Virus record (IMG/VR): IMGVR_UViG_3300027967_000093
Strand: one strand, 5' to 3'
Length of the DNA stretch: 64,000 nucleotides
Source: a virus
Shown here piece by piece: positions 17,812-28,453 of this stretch. The position numbers and the translations under genes were made by a program. Numbering within the stretch: position 1 is the stretch's first letter; every line of letters begins with the position of its first letter. Below the pieces are notes generated by a model. It worked only from the letters and a program-made list of their open reading frames with translations. It was not told where the DNA came from and ran no database searches.

Positions 17812-18834
17812 ATGGCAGAACAAAAGAAAGAACCCGTACAGTTTCGATACCCTATAGACAACAGCGAATATAGAGCATGTGTCGTTTTCTCTCTGTTTAC
17901 CCAAGAACCAACGGACGATGCTACCCAAGAAAATTATGGTGCACGTGTCGCAAGTGGTGAGAAGGATGTCGAAGCACTGAGGAAACAATACAATCAGTTG
18001 TTAGCTGACATTAGGGCATCGGGTAAGTCCGAGTCTGAATTCAAAGAAAAGAGAGATGCGCTTATTGCACAGATTCGGGAACTTGAGAACAGTATTACTG
18101 TATGGAAGGGTCTTGACGCATCTAGTGCAAAGGGTAAGTCCATTAACATCTCTGGAAATAGTGTAAGATTGTATATGCCTCTTGGTCTCGCATTCCGTGA
18201 TAACGTAACCTACGAGAACTTTGACCTTGGTGCAACTGGTGCTGCGATGGAAGCAGGTTCCAGTTTTGCACAGTCCATGGTGAAAGGGGTAGGTTCTTTT
18301 GTTCAGGGTATTACTGGTTCGTCTGGTGCAGATGTTGCAAAACTTGCAGGTATTCAAGTTGCGTCTAAGTTTGGTAGTTTCGCAGATGAAGCAGTTGCTG
18401 CACAAAAGATTGTTGGGGGTGTGACACTTAATCCTAACTCACGTACTCTTTTCAAACAACCTAATATACGTGACTTCTCTTTCTCGTTCAAGATGATTGC
18501 AAAGTCCCCCGAAGAGGCCGCGATGATAAATGATATCGTTAAGTTTCTTCGTACCGAACTGTATCCAGATGAAATTAGTGTGGAAGTGGGTGGTACATCA
18601 CTATCACTAGGTTACAGGTTCCCCAACAAATTTAATATCGAATTTGATTATAAGGGTGACCCAATTAAGGGGTTGGCAAAAATACAACCGTGTTATTTGC
18701 GTGAAGTATCCACCACCTATAATGCCACTAATATGGCAATGCACTCTGACGGTAACTTCATGGAGGTAGACATGAACCTGTCATTCCAAGAAACCAGAGC
18801 GCTTACCCGCAAGAAAATTGAGGAAGGTTTTTAA
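17812..18834 (+). CDS. 48: Baseplate tail tube cap gp48
   Basis: RYP, LYMP, NPN...LFK.P..R.FSFSFK, IVKFLR, YNAT, L.FQE. Confidence 0.8.
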   Translation: MAEQKKEPVQFRYPIDNSEYRACVVFSLFTQEPTDDATQENYGARVASGEKDVEALRKQYNQLLADIRASGKSESEFKEKRDALIAQIRELENSITVWKGLDASSAKGKSINISGNSVRLYMPLGLAFRDNVTYENFDLGATGAAMEAGSSFAQSMVKGVGSFVQGITGSSGADVAKLAGIQVASKFGSFADEAVAAQKIVGGVTLNPNSRTLFKQPNIRDFSFSFKMIAKSPEEAAMINDIVKFLRTELYPDEISVEVGGTSLSLGYRFPNKFNIEFDYKGDPIKGLAKIQPCYLREVSTTYNATNMAMHSDGNFMEVDMNLSFQETRALTRKKIEEGF

Positions 18835-19898
18835 TGTCGTACTTTAAGAATTTCAATCCTGCACTGTATAAGTTTGGTAACGAGACATCATACTCGTTAA
18901 CTACCAACCTGACACAGTACGTAGACCTGATTGACGAAATCAAATCGCAGTCCTTGTTTCTGGATGACTACACGATACCTGTCAACGAACGACCAGACCA
19001 GACATCATTTCGTTTATACGGTACGACCGATTACTACTGGACATTCTTCTTAGTCAATGACCATATCCGAGAGAACGGATGGCCACTGACACTTAACGAA
19101 GTAGATACTGCGGCACGTAAAAGATATCCTCATCGTATGGTCACCGTCCAACTACAACAGGCAGATGTAATTGATTATTATGATGATGACAATCTTCCTA
19201 TCTTTCGTACTAAGATTGTAGGTACTGCACCTGACCAGTTTGCTGTAGGTACTACCGTGACAGGTAACGTCTCTGGTACACGTGGTATCATAATCAAACG
19301 TGACCTATCACTAGGCACTTTTGTTATCGACACTGAAAATGTAGTAACTAGGTCTGAGGTCACCGACCAAGTTGTGGTACCTAACTCTAATGGCATACTT
19401 GAACTTACACGTACAGATATACTAGAGGCAGAGACATTTACCAGTCCTTTGTTGTGGACATTAATTAAAGATGGACAATCAATCAATGGGTACACTGTAG
19501 AGGTCGACTCATTCGGTAGAACCGCAACAATATCTAACATACCATTTGACCCCAATTCGACTTATGCATTGACATACTTTATTAACACTAAGAACTTGAC
19601 TGACGGTACATTCACCGCAGGAGAAGAGTTATCATATACCAATCCTGCCGGTACATCTACCTCTATGGTTGTGTACGGAGAGATGCCTCAGTACTTGGGT
19701 ACCCATCACTACGAGGATTCTGATGGTAACTGGATTGACATTAATCCTTTATCTCAGGTCAAACCTTCTGGTGCTGTTGAAGTTACCATGAAAGATTACC
19801 TCAATACGAAGAATGAGTTACTAAGACAAATCAAGTTAATTAAACCTAGTGCAATTAAAGGTATAGTCAACGATTTCGCTGAATTAATGAGAGAGTAA
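18834..19898 (+). CDS. 53: Baseplate wedge gp53
   Basis: MSYFKNF, ERPD..S..LYG...YYWTF.LVN...WPL, HHYED, NE..RQIK.IKP. Confidence 0.85.
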   Translation: MSYFKNFNPALYKFGNETSYSLTTNLTQYVDLIDEIKSQSLFLDDYTIPVNERPDQTSFRLYGTTDYYWTFFLVNDHIRENGWPLTLNEVDTAARKRYPHRMVTVQLQQADVIDYYDDDNLPIFRTKIVGTAPDQFAVGTTVTGNVSGTRGIIIKRDLSLGTFVIDTENVVTRSEVTDQVVVPNSNGILELTRTDILEAETFTSPLLWTLIKDGQSINGYTVEVDSFGRTATISNIPFDPNSTYALTYFINTKNLTDGTFTAGEELSYTNPAGTSTSMVVYGEMPQYLGTHHYEDSDGNWIDINPLSQVKPSGAVEVTMKDYLNTKNELLRQIKLIKPSAIKGIVNDFAELMRE

Positions 19899-21253
19899 TG
19901 CAAAGACAACAACAGTTTAAATACCAAGTTGCGAACATCACATCGGACAGGTCTGACCTTATTACAGACATCCGGTCGTTGATTATCGAACTTGTATTCT
20001 TTGAGTCACTGGACAAACCGTATGTGACGGGTCAGATTGCTATCTCTGATGACCAAGCCGTATTTGACTCTATGGGATTCTCGGGTACCGAACGACTCCA
20101 TATCAAAATGTTAACTGAGTTGGGTTCTTCCGAAGCAGAGCAGGTCGTGATGGATAGGTCGTTTTTGTTAACAGGTATCGAGACAATTATTAAATCCTCT
20201 AACTCCGGTGGTTCGTCTATCTATGTATTCTCGTTCATGGATGAACATGCACTTGTTTCTAAAACGAAGTCTATCTCACGTGCGATACGTGACAATATTA
20301 GTACTGAGATTTTAAAACTATGTCAGAACGAAGTAGGTAAGTCAGTAGACCTATCCTATGCAAATGATTCTATCCAGAATAACTTCAAGGGTGTCATACC
20401 TTATATGCGTCCTCTCGAGGCTGCATCGTGGTTAACCCAAAAGGCAACTACCGAATTAGGTATGCCATTTTTCTTGTATGCATCTATCCATGACCAGAAC
20501 CTAAGACTAGGTAGTTTAGATAAGATGTTACAACAACCTGCATGGAACAGAGAGATTCCTTTCTTATTCTCTCCTGCAAATACACAGAAACAAGAAGAAG
20601 ACGGTGACCCGACTGCACAGTACTTCCAAGTACAGTCAATGAAGTCAACCAAACTACAGAACACTATGCAACAATTGATGTCGGGTGGTATTGGTTCTTT
20701 ATATACGGTCACTGATATTGCAAGTGGTCGAACAACTGCACAACACTTCAGTCTTGATAACCTGTTAGAAAAGGCAGACGATAACGGTGCGATTAATAAG
20801 TCTAAACAAAACATATATGATGATGCATACCGAACACCTGATTACGAAGAAGTGAATATTAGTGGGAACCATCTTCATGATACAAATGCAGAGGTATTCC
20901 ACACCATAGTATCGCGTGGGGTATATGGTGACCGTAAGAGTATTAGCGAAGAAACCACTCCATCGATGTATCTCAAGAAGATTGAGAATCTTGCACTTAG
21001 AAATGCGGTGTTCAAAAACATGATTGATGTGACAGTGCCTGGGCCAGGATTCATTAAGTCCGGTGGTACCGTAGGTGATAAGATTCGTATCAATGTTCTG
21101 TCTGACGACAATGACCCTGATACTGACAACAATCTTGACAAACTTAGAAGTGGTGACTTCCTTGTTTATAATACAAGACATACATTTAAAGACACTCGTC
21201 ATGATGTTGCAATGACTGTATTCAAATTAGAGAGAGGGCCGAACGTTGATTAA
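19898..21253 (+). CDS. Baseplate hub protein (gp27-like)
   Basis: FESLDKPYVTG.I.I.D, I.VPG...G..I.I, SGDFLV..TRH; lies between gp53 and gp5. Confidence 0.55.
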   Translation: MQRQQQFKYQVANITSDRSDLITDIRSLIIELVFFESLDKPYVTGQIAISDDQAVFDSMGFSGTERLHIKMLTELGSSEAEQVVMDRSFLLTGIETIIKSSNSGGSSIYVFSFMDEHALVSKTKSISRAIRDNISTEILKLCQNEVGKSVDLSYANDSIQNNFKGVIPYMRPLEAASWLTQKATTELGMPFFLYASIHDQNLRLGSLDKMLQQPAWNREIPFLFSPANTQKQEEDGDPTAQYFQVQSMKSTKLQNTMQQLMSGGIGSLYTVTDIASGRTTAQHFSLDNLLEKADDNGAINKSKQNIYDDAYRTPDYEEVNISGNHLHDTNAEVFHTIVSRGVYGDRKSISEETTPSMYLKKIENLALRNAVFKNMIDVTVPGPGFIKSGGTVGDKIRINVLSDDNDPDTDNNLDKLRSGDFLVYNTRHTFKDTRHDVAMTVFKLERGPNVD

Positions 21254-22115
21254 GTATTACGGTGATAATGTTCGTTGGTTTGTCGCAGATGTTATTGATG
21301 CGTCCCCTCCGTTCGGACTAGAAGGTCGGGTACGTGTGCGCGTACACGGGGTACACAATCCCTCTACCAGACAGATAAGACAGAATGACCTACCATGGGC
21401 ACAGGTAGTATTACCATCGACCGAAGGTGGTGTATCTGGTATAGGTTCTACACCAAATTTAGAAGCGGGTGCACTGGTATTTGGTTTCTTCATGGACGGA
21501 AAAGAATCTCAGGTTCCTTTGGTGTTGGGTTCATTACCTCGTACCGAGTATCCGACTCCGGTTCAACAGTCCCTTGCATACAACGACTTGATAGAACGAG
21601 TAAATCCTGACGTAGAGTTCTACAACCAGTCGATAGGTTCTATCGATGAAAAAGATATTGCACTACAAAACGAATTGCGTGATACCGTTCCGTCTGGTGC
21701 GACTACCTTATATCGAAAAGATATTGCAGTTAAGTTCTTTCTATCCAACGGATATACAATTAAACAGGCATGTGCGATTGTTGGGTGTATAACACGAACT
21801 AACCATACACTAGAGACTTCTCGTGAGAATAATGGTGGTACTGGTCTGGTTGGTTGGAGTGGTATTAGATTCACTCGACTTAAACAGTTCAATAGTAACT
21901 GGTGGCACTTCTCGGTACAACTTGCGTTTATTATGTTTGAACTAAATACTACTCATGTTGATGCGAACATACGTATCCTTAACTCTGATGTTGTCGACCC
22001 TGCAAAGGGTAAGGCACTAGGTGATATCCTCGGACGATATTATGCACCTGTCCAAGACGATTACAACGGTGAGGTAAAGAGAATTTACGAACTGTACGCA
22101 AATAAAAAGGTTTAG
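21246..22115 (+). CDS. 5: gp5 N-terminal OB-fold fused to a degenerate phage-tail-lysozyme domain
   Basis: W.....D..P..LEGRVRVRVHG.H, LPWA, G..VFGFFMDG..SQ.P.VLG; C-terminal GY....ACAIVG...GL.GW...R...QL.FI..EL. Confidence 0.75.
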   Translation: MIKYYGDNVRWFVADVIDASPPFGLEGRVRVRVHGVHNPSTRQIRQNDLPWAQVVLPSTEGGVSGIGSTPNLEAGALVFGFFMDGKESQVPLVLGSLPRTEYPTPVQQSLAYNDLIERVNPDVEFYNQSIGSIDEKDIALQNELRDTVPSGATTLYRKDIAVKFFLSNGYTIKQACAIVGCITRTNHTLETSRENNGGTGLVGWSGIRFTRLKQFNSNWWHFSVQLAFIMFELNTTHVDANIRILNSDVVDPAKGKALGDILGRYYAPVQDDYNGEVKRIYELYANKKV

Positions 22116-22117
22116 AG

Positions 22118-24088
22118 ATGTCACAAGATATTAACACATTAAATTCTTACTTGAAAGCAAAGACATCTGATGGTGATGCAAAGTCTGTTGTATCGGTAAC
22201 TGCGAAACAAGCAAATGACGGATTCATTGCTGACGTATCTACCCTTATGGGCGCGAATACCATTGGTGGTTACATAAACGGATATCAAAGTCTTGCAAAC
22301 AATGACATAATGACTGCGAGTGGAGGAGTAAACGCTGCGGGTGTTCCGGTATTATTGTCTAATGCTGCATTCGATATGCCAAGTTCTAATCCAAATCTAT
22401 TCTTTGTTGATGTGTCTGCGGGAACCTTTACGGTCATTGACTCTGCCGGTGCAATCCAAATACTAGTGAATGATAGTGCGGGAGCACCAATAGAAGACAG
22501 TGCGGGTAATCCTATCACTGTACCATCATTCGAAGTTCCTTCACTCAATGTTACTTCGATTGGTACTGATGCAGTTGCAACACTCAACGAAACAATTGGT
22601 TCACTTACAGGTATCACTCCTCCGACCGAAGCAATCACTATTGTGTCGTTGGGTGGTGGTGCAGTGAGTCAATTGACAGGTGCAATCAAAGAGGCAACCG
22701 AACGAAAGTCATCTCTCCTATCATCAATCAAAGAGACTGCGGCCGCCACTTCTGTTGAGGGTTTGGGTGAATCTGTTACGTCTGGAATAGATGACGTGAA
22801 AGGTCAGATGGACGAGGTTGTAAACTCATCAACACTTACCCAAGACGTGATGAATTCGGTATCTGCGGTAGAAGGTTTGGCAGGTGATGTTGCTGCCGAG
22901 ATTGCAACTGCAACAGACTCTCTGGTCGGTGCATTAGAATCAACTATCGGTGAAGTAACTTCTGCGATTGAAGATGGATTCAATGATGTTATTGGGAATG
23001 TTACGGGTGCGGTAGGTGACCTTGTGGGTGGTATTATTCCTGACATCCAAACGGATTTCGGTTTCGCACAAAATCTATTCGAAGACTTGACAGGTGCGGT
23101 AGGTTCTACTCTACAGGGTATATTCGGTTCGACCACCACACTTGACAAAAGATTTCTTTCTGGTATACTGAATGATGTGTTGCAAGGAGGTGATATAAAT
23201 CTCACCAAGGCAGCGAAGGCATTATCACTAAGAGACACTACTCTCAGTCCTGCGATGCGTGAAGTGATTCAAACCACTGACGCAGAATCTATTCAGGATT
23301 TTGATAAGACTGTTGCGTCTCGTGCGGCTGCGCGGGGAGTACCTCAGGCAGAGATTGATAAATTTAAGTCAAAGACCGCTGAGATTGAGACTGCGTTAAG
23401 TAAGGTAGATACAACTATCTCTGGTACCATCGTATCCGAGGTTGGTGAATTCTATGTGGAAGACAAAGACCTTGCTGAACTGGTTAAGAGATACCTTGGC
23501 GCAGAAACCGAAGACTTCGAGTTTGTTGATTCCAAGGAAGAACTTGGACTAGAGTTCCGTAAAATAACTCGTTCCGTCAGTGAAGTTATTGTACATGCGA
23601 CCGAGACTTACACTAATGCAAACATTGGTTCCGAAGAGATTCACCTCAGACATAACGAGGCAGGTCATGACGGTATCCAATATCATTATGTCATTAGACG
23701 TGACGGTAGACTACAACGTGGTATGCCAATCGATAATATCAGTGATGCGTCTCAGATATTGGGTCACAATATAAATTGTATTGATGTTGCACTAGTGGGT
23801 GGGGTGAACGTACCGAGTGATGCAGATAACCCTCTGTTGAACCTCTCGTCAAGTTCATTCACTCAGACACAGATGAAGACTCTAGAAGCACTATTGGAAG
23901 TGTTCTATCGCAGCCAACCAGGCGGTCAAGTACTTGGACATAATGCAATTGACATTAACTCTCAAGACCCATACTTCGATGTTATCACTTTTGTTGAGAA
24001 CAAGTTTGGTAAGAAGAGTGTGTACAAAGACCCATTGACCGAACAATCCATATCCGCGAAAGACTTGATTAGTAAGAGACCAGTATGA
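22118..24088 (+). CDS. Virion-associated protein with C-terminal N-acetylmuramoyl-L-alanine amidase (T7 lysozyme/PGRP fold)
   Basis: VIVHAT, GIQYHYVIRRDG.LQRG.P, I.VALVGG, Q...L..L, VLGHN, DPYFDV. Confidence 0.75.
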   Translation: MSQDINTLNSYLKAKTSDGDAKSVVSVTAKQANDGFIADVSTLMGANTIGGYINGYQSLANNDIMTASGGVNAAGVPVLLSNAAFDMPSSNPNLFFVDVSAGTFTVIDSAGAIQILVNDSAGAPIEDSAGNPITVPSFEVPSLNVTSIGTDAVATLNETIGSLTGITPPTEAITIVSLGGGAVSQLTGAIKEATERKSSLLSSIKETAAATSVEGLGESVTSGIDDVKGQMDEVVNSSTLTQDVMNSVSAVEGLAGDVAAEIATATDSLVGALESTIGEVTSAIEDGFNDVIGNVTGAVGDLVGGIIPDIQTDFGFAQNLFEDLTGAVGSTLQGIFGSTTTLDKRFLSGILNDVLQGGDINLTKAAKALSLRDTTLSPAMREVIQTTDAESIQDFDKTVASRAAARGVPQAEIDKFKSKTAEIETALSKVDTTISGTIVSEVGEFYVEDKDLAELVKRYLGAETEDFEFVDSKEELGLEFRKITRSVSEVIVHATETYTNANIGSEEIHLRHNEAGHDGIQYHYVIRRDGRLQRGMPIDNISDASQILGHNINCIDVALVGGVNVPSDADNPLLNLSSSSFTQTQMKTLEALLEVFYRSQPGGQVLGHNAIDINSQDPYFDVITFVENKFGKKSVYKDPLTEQSISAKDLISKRPV

Positions 24089-25521
24089 CAACAACGACTA
24101 AAAAGACCGAATTAGGAAGTAATCCGGCAGTAGAGAATACCGAAGGTGTACCTATTGATGGATTCCAAGACCCGACTGGCGAGTATCCTAAACGGGAGTA
24201 TCATTACGGTTCTTCTATAAACAAGTCTGCACGTGGATTGAAGGTAGAGAATCTTTATCTTGGGGGCGGTACACTCGATGTATCACTTGACCTCGAAGAC
24301 CAAGAACCTTCTAGATTCCCGTTCAACCAAGTAAAAGAAACTGCATCTGGACATATCATCTCATACGATGACACGCCTGGTGGTGAACGTATTCTTATCA
24401 AACATCGAAAGGGTGCGGGCGTAGAAGTACGTGCGGACGGGTCAGTTATCATATCTGCATTGAATAATAAGGTAGAAGTAACTGGAGGTGACCAAACACT
24501 TATCGTTGAAGGTAACGGTAAAATGGTGTATAATGGTAATCTCAATCTACAAGTATCTGGTGACTTCAATGTTGATGTTGGAGGAGACTATAACGTCAAT
24601 GTCAATGGTGACACCAACACCGAGATACGTAAAAACAATAACACTACTGTTGGTTTAAATACAAACTATACGACCAAGGGTACCGCTGCATACAAGACAG
24701 TCGAACACGAGGCACGAGTCATACTCGGTAACGAAGACCATATCGTCAAAGGTTACTGGAAGAATAATGTGGGTTCACAGATTGAGATGTTCACTGCAAA
24801 CCGTTTCCAAGTATCTGCGGAAGAAGAGTTTGCACTATCTGCACTACAAGGTAACATCTCTGCGACCGAAATCTCTGTACTTGGTATGAAAGGTGTAATT
24901 GGTGGTGAACAAGTCGAGATGACTTCTCCGGTTTACATGGGGCCAAAAGGTGCAGTTCCGTTTACCTCTGGTGCTGCGTTCTATGGTTCATTCCACGGAC
25001 AAGCACTTGAAGCAATCAAATCCAAGTATGCATATAAAGCAGAAAATGCGAAGACTTCCCAACTCGCATCTAAGGAGAAGGGAGGACAACCATCCGGAGG
25101 TGCACCTGATGTACCTAAGAACATGGAAAGTCCCACCCCCAAAAAACCTGTACCTAAGACTGATGCAGTTGCAGGTATTCTGTCTGACGGACACTTGTCA
25201 ATTAAAGCAATTGTCATCGATGGTCAAGACGAACTGCGCAACTCAATACTATTGCGTGATGACTATGCAGGTCTATATGAGAAAGAACCTACTATCAACG
25301 AGATACGTTCTTCTCTAAGAGATCCCGCGAATCGTTCTATTGCTAATGATGAGGGGACTAAGTTTGTCGATATCCTTATTCAACGAGAGATGTTGAATCC
25401 CGAGTGGAATAATCCCGCACCTCCGAAGGTTGGACGTATTGCGAAGAAATCTGTATCACCTCGTTTTGGTTATACCGCACTTGGTAACTCAGTGAATAAT
25501 AGAGGTAAGAGATTCAAATGA
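24085..25521 (+). CDS. 5: gp5 C-terminal part (spike beta-helix)
   Basis: FQDPTGEYP, PFNQVKET.SGH...YDDTPGGERI...H..G, V.G..N..V.G repeats. Confidence 0.8.
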   Translation: MTTTTKKTELGSNPAVENTEGVPIDGFQDPTGEYPKREYHYGSSINKSARGLKVENLYLGGGTLDVSLDLEDQEPSRFPFNQVKETASGHIISYDDTPGGERILIKHRKGAGVEVRADGSVIISALNNKVEVTGGDQTLIVEGNGKMVYNGNLNLQVSGDFNVDVGGDYNVNVNGDTNTEIRKNNNTTVGLNTNYTTKGTAAYKTVEHEARVILGNEDHIVKGYWKNNVGSQIEMFTANRFQVSAEEEFALSALQGNISATEISVLGMKGVIGGEQVEMTSPVYMGPKGAVPFTSGAAFYGSFHGQALEAIKSKYAYKAENAKTSQLASKEKGGQPSGGAPDVPKNMESPTPKKPVPKTDAVAGILSDGHLSIKAIVIDGQDELRNSILLRDDYAGLYEKEPTINEIRSSLRDPANRSIANDEGTKFVDILIQREMLNPEWNNPAPPKVGRIAKKSVSPRFGYTALGNSVNNRGKRFK

Positions 25522-26123
25522 TTATAATTCCAGACCAGAAATATAACCCTAACTTTGCAGACACTATCACGACTGCGACTAAACTGTCGCCTGGCGTATC
25601 ACTTGCAAAGTTCTTTGGTACTAAGGGTAACCCATGTAGTATGACCACAGTCGAGAAGTATCGAACTGACCAAACTGCAAGGAAACAACTTGCACGTAAT
25701 CTATATCTCCATGCAGAATTGTTTCGTAGTATCAACGGAAACATTGACTTCTTCAAGGATGTTAGATTGGTTGTGGTTGAAGGTATCTACCGTGGTGGCC
25801 CACTCGAGACTGTATCAGGTGATAACCAGAAGAAACAAGATGGTCAACTGGTGGTCTATAGAGTAGTAGACGAAGAAGGTAAGGTTGACTACGAAAGAAC
25901 ATTTGATCTCGCAGAGTACTGGAAAGACTATGCAAACTACAACAAATTGACTTTGGAGTATGATGTATGGAACCCTACCGGAGAACTCAATGCACAGATT
26001 GCGGTAGAGATGCCTGTTGTTCCCGAGAACTTTGATATCTCGTTTGATATGAACATCGAGACTTTGTATAATGGACAACTTTTCAGTAAGAATGAACTGA
26101 TAGAAGTTCTCGTAGACGTATAA
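25518..26123 (+). CDS. Hypothetical baseplate-locus protein (possibly degenerate peptidase M15-like)
   Basis: LS....L..F...RNL...AE...EG.YR weakly recalls M15; no Zn motif seen. Confidence 0.35.
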   Translation: MIIIPDQKYNPNFADTITTATKLSPGVSLAKFFGTKGNPCSMTTVEKYRTDQTARKQLARNLYLHAELFRSINGNIDFFKDVRLVVVEGIYRGGPLETVSGDNQKKQDGQLVVYRVVDEEGKVDYERTFDLAEYWKDYANYNKLTLEYDVWNPTGELNAQIAVEMPVVPENFDISFDMNIETLYNGQLFSKNELIEVLVDV

Positions 26124-26126
26124 ATA
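26119..26126 (+). promoter_or_regulatory. Late promoter TATAAATA
   Basis: Exact consensus upstream of gp25. Confidence 0.7.
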
Positions 26127-26153
26127 GAATTATAATAATTTTAGGAAACACTA

Positions 26154-26603
26154 ATGTCACGCGCATTTTCCATAGAGGACGGTGGACTTGCCCAGACTTC
26201 TACAGTCAAGGCAACTCGAAACCGAGAATATATCGATATAGACCTTTCGTTTGCAGCGAAGGGTTCCGGTGACGTTTACAAGAAAAATGCAGTTGCATCT
26301 GTAAAACAAGCCCTCAAGAGTTTGTTGATGACTAACCGTACTGAGAAACCATTCGCACCTTACTTTGGTGCAAATCTGCAAGAAATACTTTTTGAACTTG
26401 CTGACCAAAACAGTTCGAGAGAAATACAGTTTGCAATCATAGAAAACATCAAGGCATTTGAACCAAGGATTAATCCTTCGAGTGTAAGAGTTTTCCCTGA
26501 TGTCGACCCAGACAATAACACACTTAACATCACAATAATTTTTAACGTGGTGAACTCAAGCGAAACTATTGAATTCACAACAAGACTGAACAGGTTACGA
26601 TAA
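26154..26603 (+). CDS. 25: Baseplate wedge gp25
   Basis: Y.DIDLSF, VKQAL..L.MTN..EKPF.P.FGA.L...LFE, FEPRI. Confidence 0.9.
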   Translation: MSRAFSIEDGGLAQTSTVKATRNREYIDIDLSFAAKGSGDVYKKNAVASVKQALKSLLMTNRTEKPFAPYFGANLQEILFELADQNSSREIQFAIIENIKAFEPRINPSSVRVFPDVDPDNNTLNITIIFNVVNSSETIEFTTRLNRLR

Positions 26604-28453
26604 TGGCAACGACTATCAATTCTTCATCATTAGATTTTCAGGCGATTAAAAACAACCTGAAGACCTATCTAAAACAACAGTCAGAGTTTAAGGACTATGA
26701 CTTCGAAGCGTCTGGTCTTTCTAACCTGTTAGACGTTCTTGCATATAACACGCACATGAATGGTCTAACCGCAAACTTTGCACTGAACGAGAGTTTCCTT
26801 AATACCGCACAATTGCGTTCATCGGTAGTTTCTCATGCAGAGACTTTAGGTTATATTCCATCTTCCAAGACTGCCGCACAAGCAACAATCAATATGTCAT
26901 TTAATATTGGTATTGGCCAAGCAGACGTACCCGAGAAACTACAGATTGCATCTGGATATAAATTCACGGGTGATGTTGATGATGCAGCATACACATTCCA
27001 AACTCAGGAGTTGGTTGAAGCGGTCAATGATGGTAACAACTTCTTCCAGTTCCAGACACTAGAGGGAAGTACCAACATCCCTATTTACGAAGGTATTGCA
27101 AAGACCAAGACCTTCTATGCAGGTGAGGACGGTGAGTCGGTATTGTACATCATACCTGACCCTAACCTTGACCGTGCAACTGCGGTAGTTCGTATCTATG
27201 AAAGTGCGACCTCTTCGGATTTCACGACTTATGTGAATCTAGAGACCGCGACCAACATTACAACTACCACCCCCGCATATGTCCTGAAGGAAGCTCCGAA
27301 CGGATTCTACGAACTGACCTTTGGTAATGGTTCAACACTCGGTGCAGTTCCTCAAGCAGGTTCTAAGATTACTGTCGAGTATCTTGCGGTAGATGGTGCG
27401 AATGCAAACGGTGCACGTACTTTCGAACCACTGAATACTGTGGAGATTACTGAACCTACAAGTGGTATCGGTCTACAGAGACTTCCTGTTGTTTCTACAA
27501 CAAGTAGGTCTGCCGGTGGTGCTGACAAAGAAACACTAGATTCAATCCGAAGAAATGCACCGTTCCGATATGCATCTCAGAATCGAATGGTTACCCACGT
27601 AGATTACTCTAACCTAATCTTACGTAACTATGGTACCCTGATTCGTGATATCATTGCATGGGGTGGAGAGGACAATATCTCACCTGAGTTCGGTGTAACG
27701 TTCCTTTCGATTGAATTTAATGGAGATGTGACTGCTGCACTTCAGAGTCAGACCAAAGACAATATCCGACTTCTGGTCGACCAGTTATCAATCGCATCGT
27801 TTGATTTGAAGTTTACTGACCCAGTCAAAACGTTTGTTGAGACTAATGTATTCTTCCAGTATAACCCAGATTACACCAACTTGTCAATCAATGCATTGCA
27901 AGAACAAGTACGTAATGTGATGACCAACTACTTCTCCTCTAATACAGGTAAGTTCGGTCAGGCATTCCGTAGGTCTAACCTGTTGGCACTGGTGGATGAC
28001 GTGAGTCCTGCAATCCTTTCGTCAAGAATGGATAATAAGATGCAACAAAGATTCACTCCTTCGGCTGGTGTTGAACAAAACTTCACGTTTAGTTATCCTG
28101 TTCCAATCTCTGTTCCGGATGATGTTGAAACTATCGTAGAATCATCTACATTTAAACTGACCGTGTCCGGTGTTCAATATCTGTCATGTAAAGTAATAAA
28201 CTTACTCACTAGTACCAAACTTCAAATCATTGATGTGGGTAGTGGTGATGTTGTAGTTGACAATGTTGGTTCTTATGACCCGTCTGCGGGTACGATAAGT
28301 CTGGTTGGATTTAAGACTGACGAAGCAAAACTACTTAAATTAAGTTGTACACCCGCAAATGCAAGTGCAATCGTACCAGAGAGAGAATACATCCTTGACT
28401 ACGATAACACTAGATTAAGTGCGAAAGGTATCCGTACTACGGCGAGTAACTAA
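26603..28453 (+). CDS. 6: Baseplate wedge gp6
   Basis: LDF..IKNNLK.YL..Q.EFKDYDFE.SGLS.LLDVLAYNTH, ESFL.TAQLRSSVVSHA, ET..SIR.NAP, QNR.VT..DY. Confidence 0.95.
   Translation: MATTINSSSLDFQAIKNNLKTYLKQQSEFKDYDFEASGLSNLLDVLAYNTHMNGLTANFALNESFLNTAQLRSSVVSHAETLGYIPSSKTAAQATINMSFNIGIGQADVPEKLQIASGYKFTGDVDDAAYTFQTQELVEAVNDGNNFFQFQTLEGSTNIPIYEGIAKTKTFYAGEDGESVLYIIPDPNLDRATAVVRIYESATSSDFTTYVNLETATNITTTTPAYVLKEAPNGFYELTFGNGSTLGAVPQAGSKITVEYLAVDGANANGARTFEPLNTVEITEPTSGIGLQRLPVVSTTSRSAGGADKETLDSIRRNAPFRYASQNRMVTHVDYSNLILRNYGTLIRDIIAWGGEDNISPEFGVTFLSIEFNGDVTAALQSQTKDNIRLLVDQLSIASFDLKFTDPVKTFVETNVFFQYNPDYTNLSINALQEQVRNVMTNYFSSNTGKFGQAFRRSNLLALVDDVSPAILSSRMDNKMQQRFTPSAGVEQNFTFSYPVPISVPDDVETIVESSTFKLTVSGVQYLSCKVINLLTSTKLQIIDVGSGDVVVDNVGSYDPSAGTISLVGFKTDEAKLLKLSCTPANASAIVPEREYILDYDNTRLSAKGIRTTASN

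Noticed and set aside
17767-17988. N-terminal extension of gp4 in the ORF track
   Set aside because: It is antisense to gp48 and spans the promoters; gp4 similarity starts at MKTYKG (17766).
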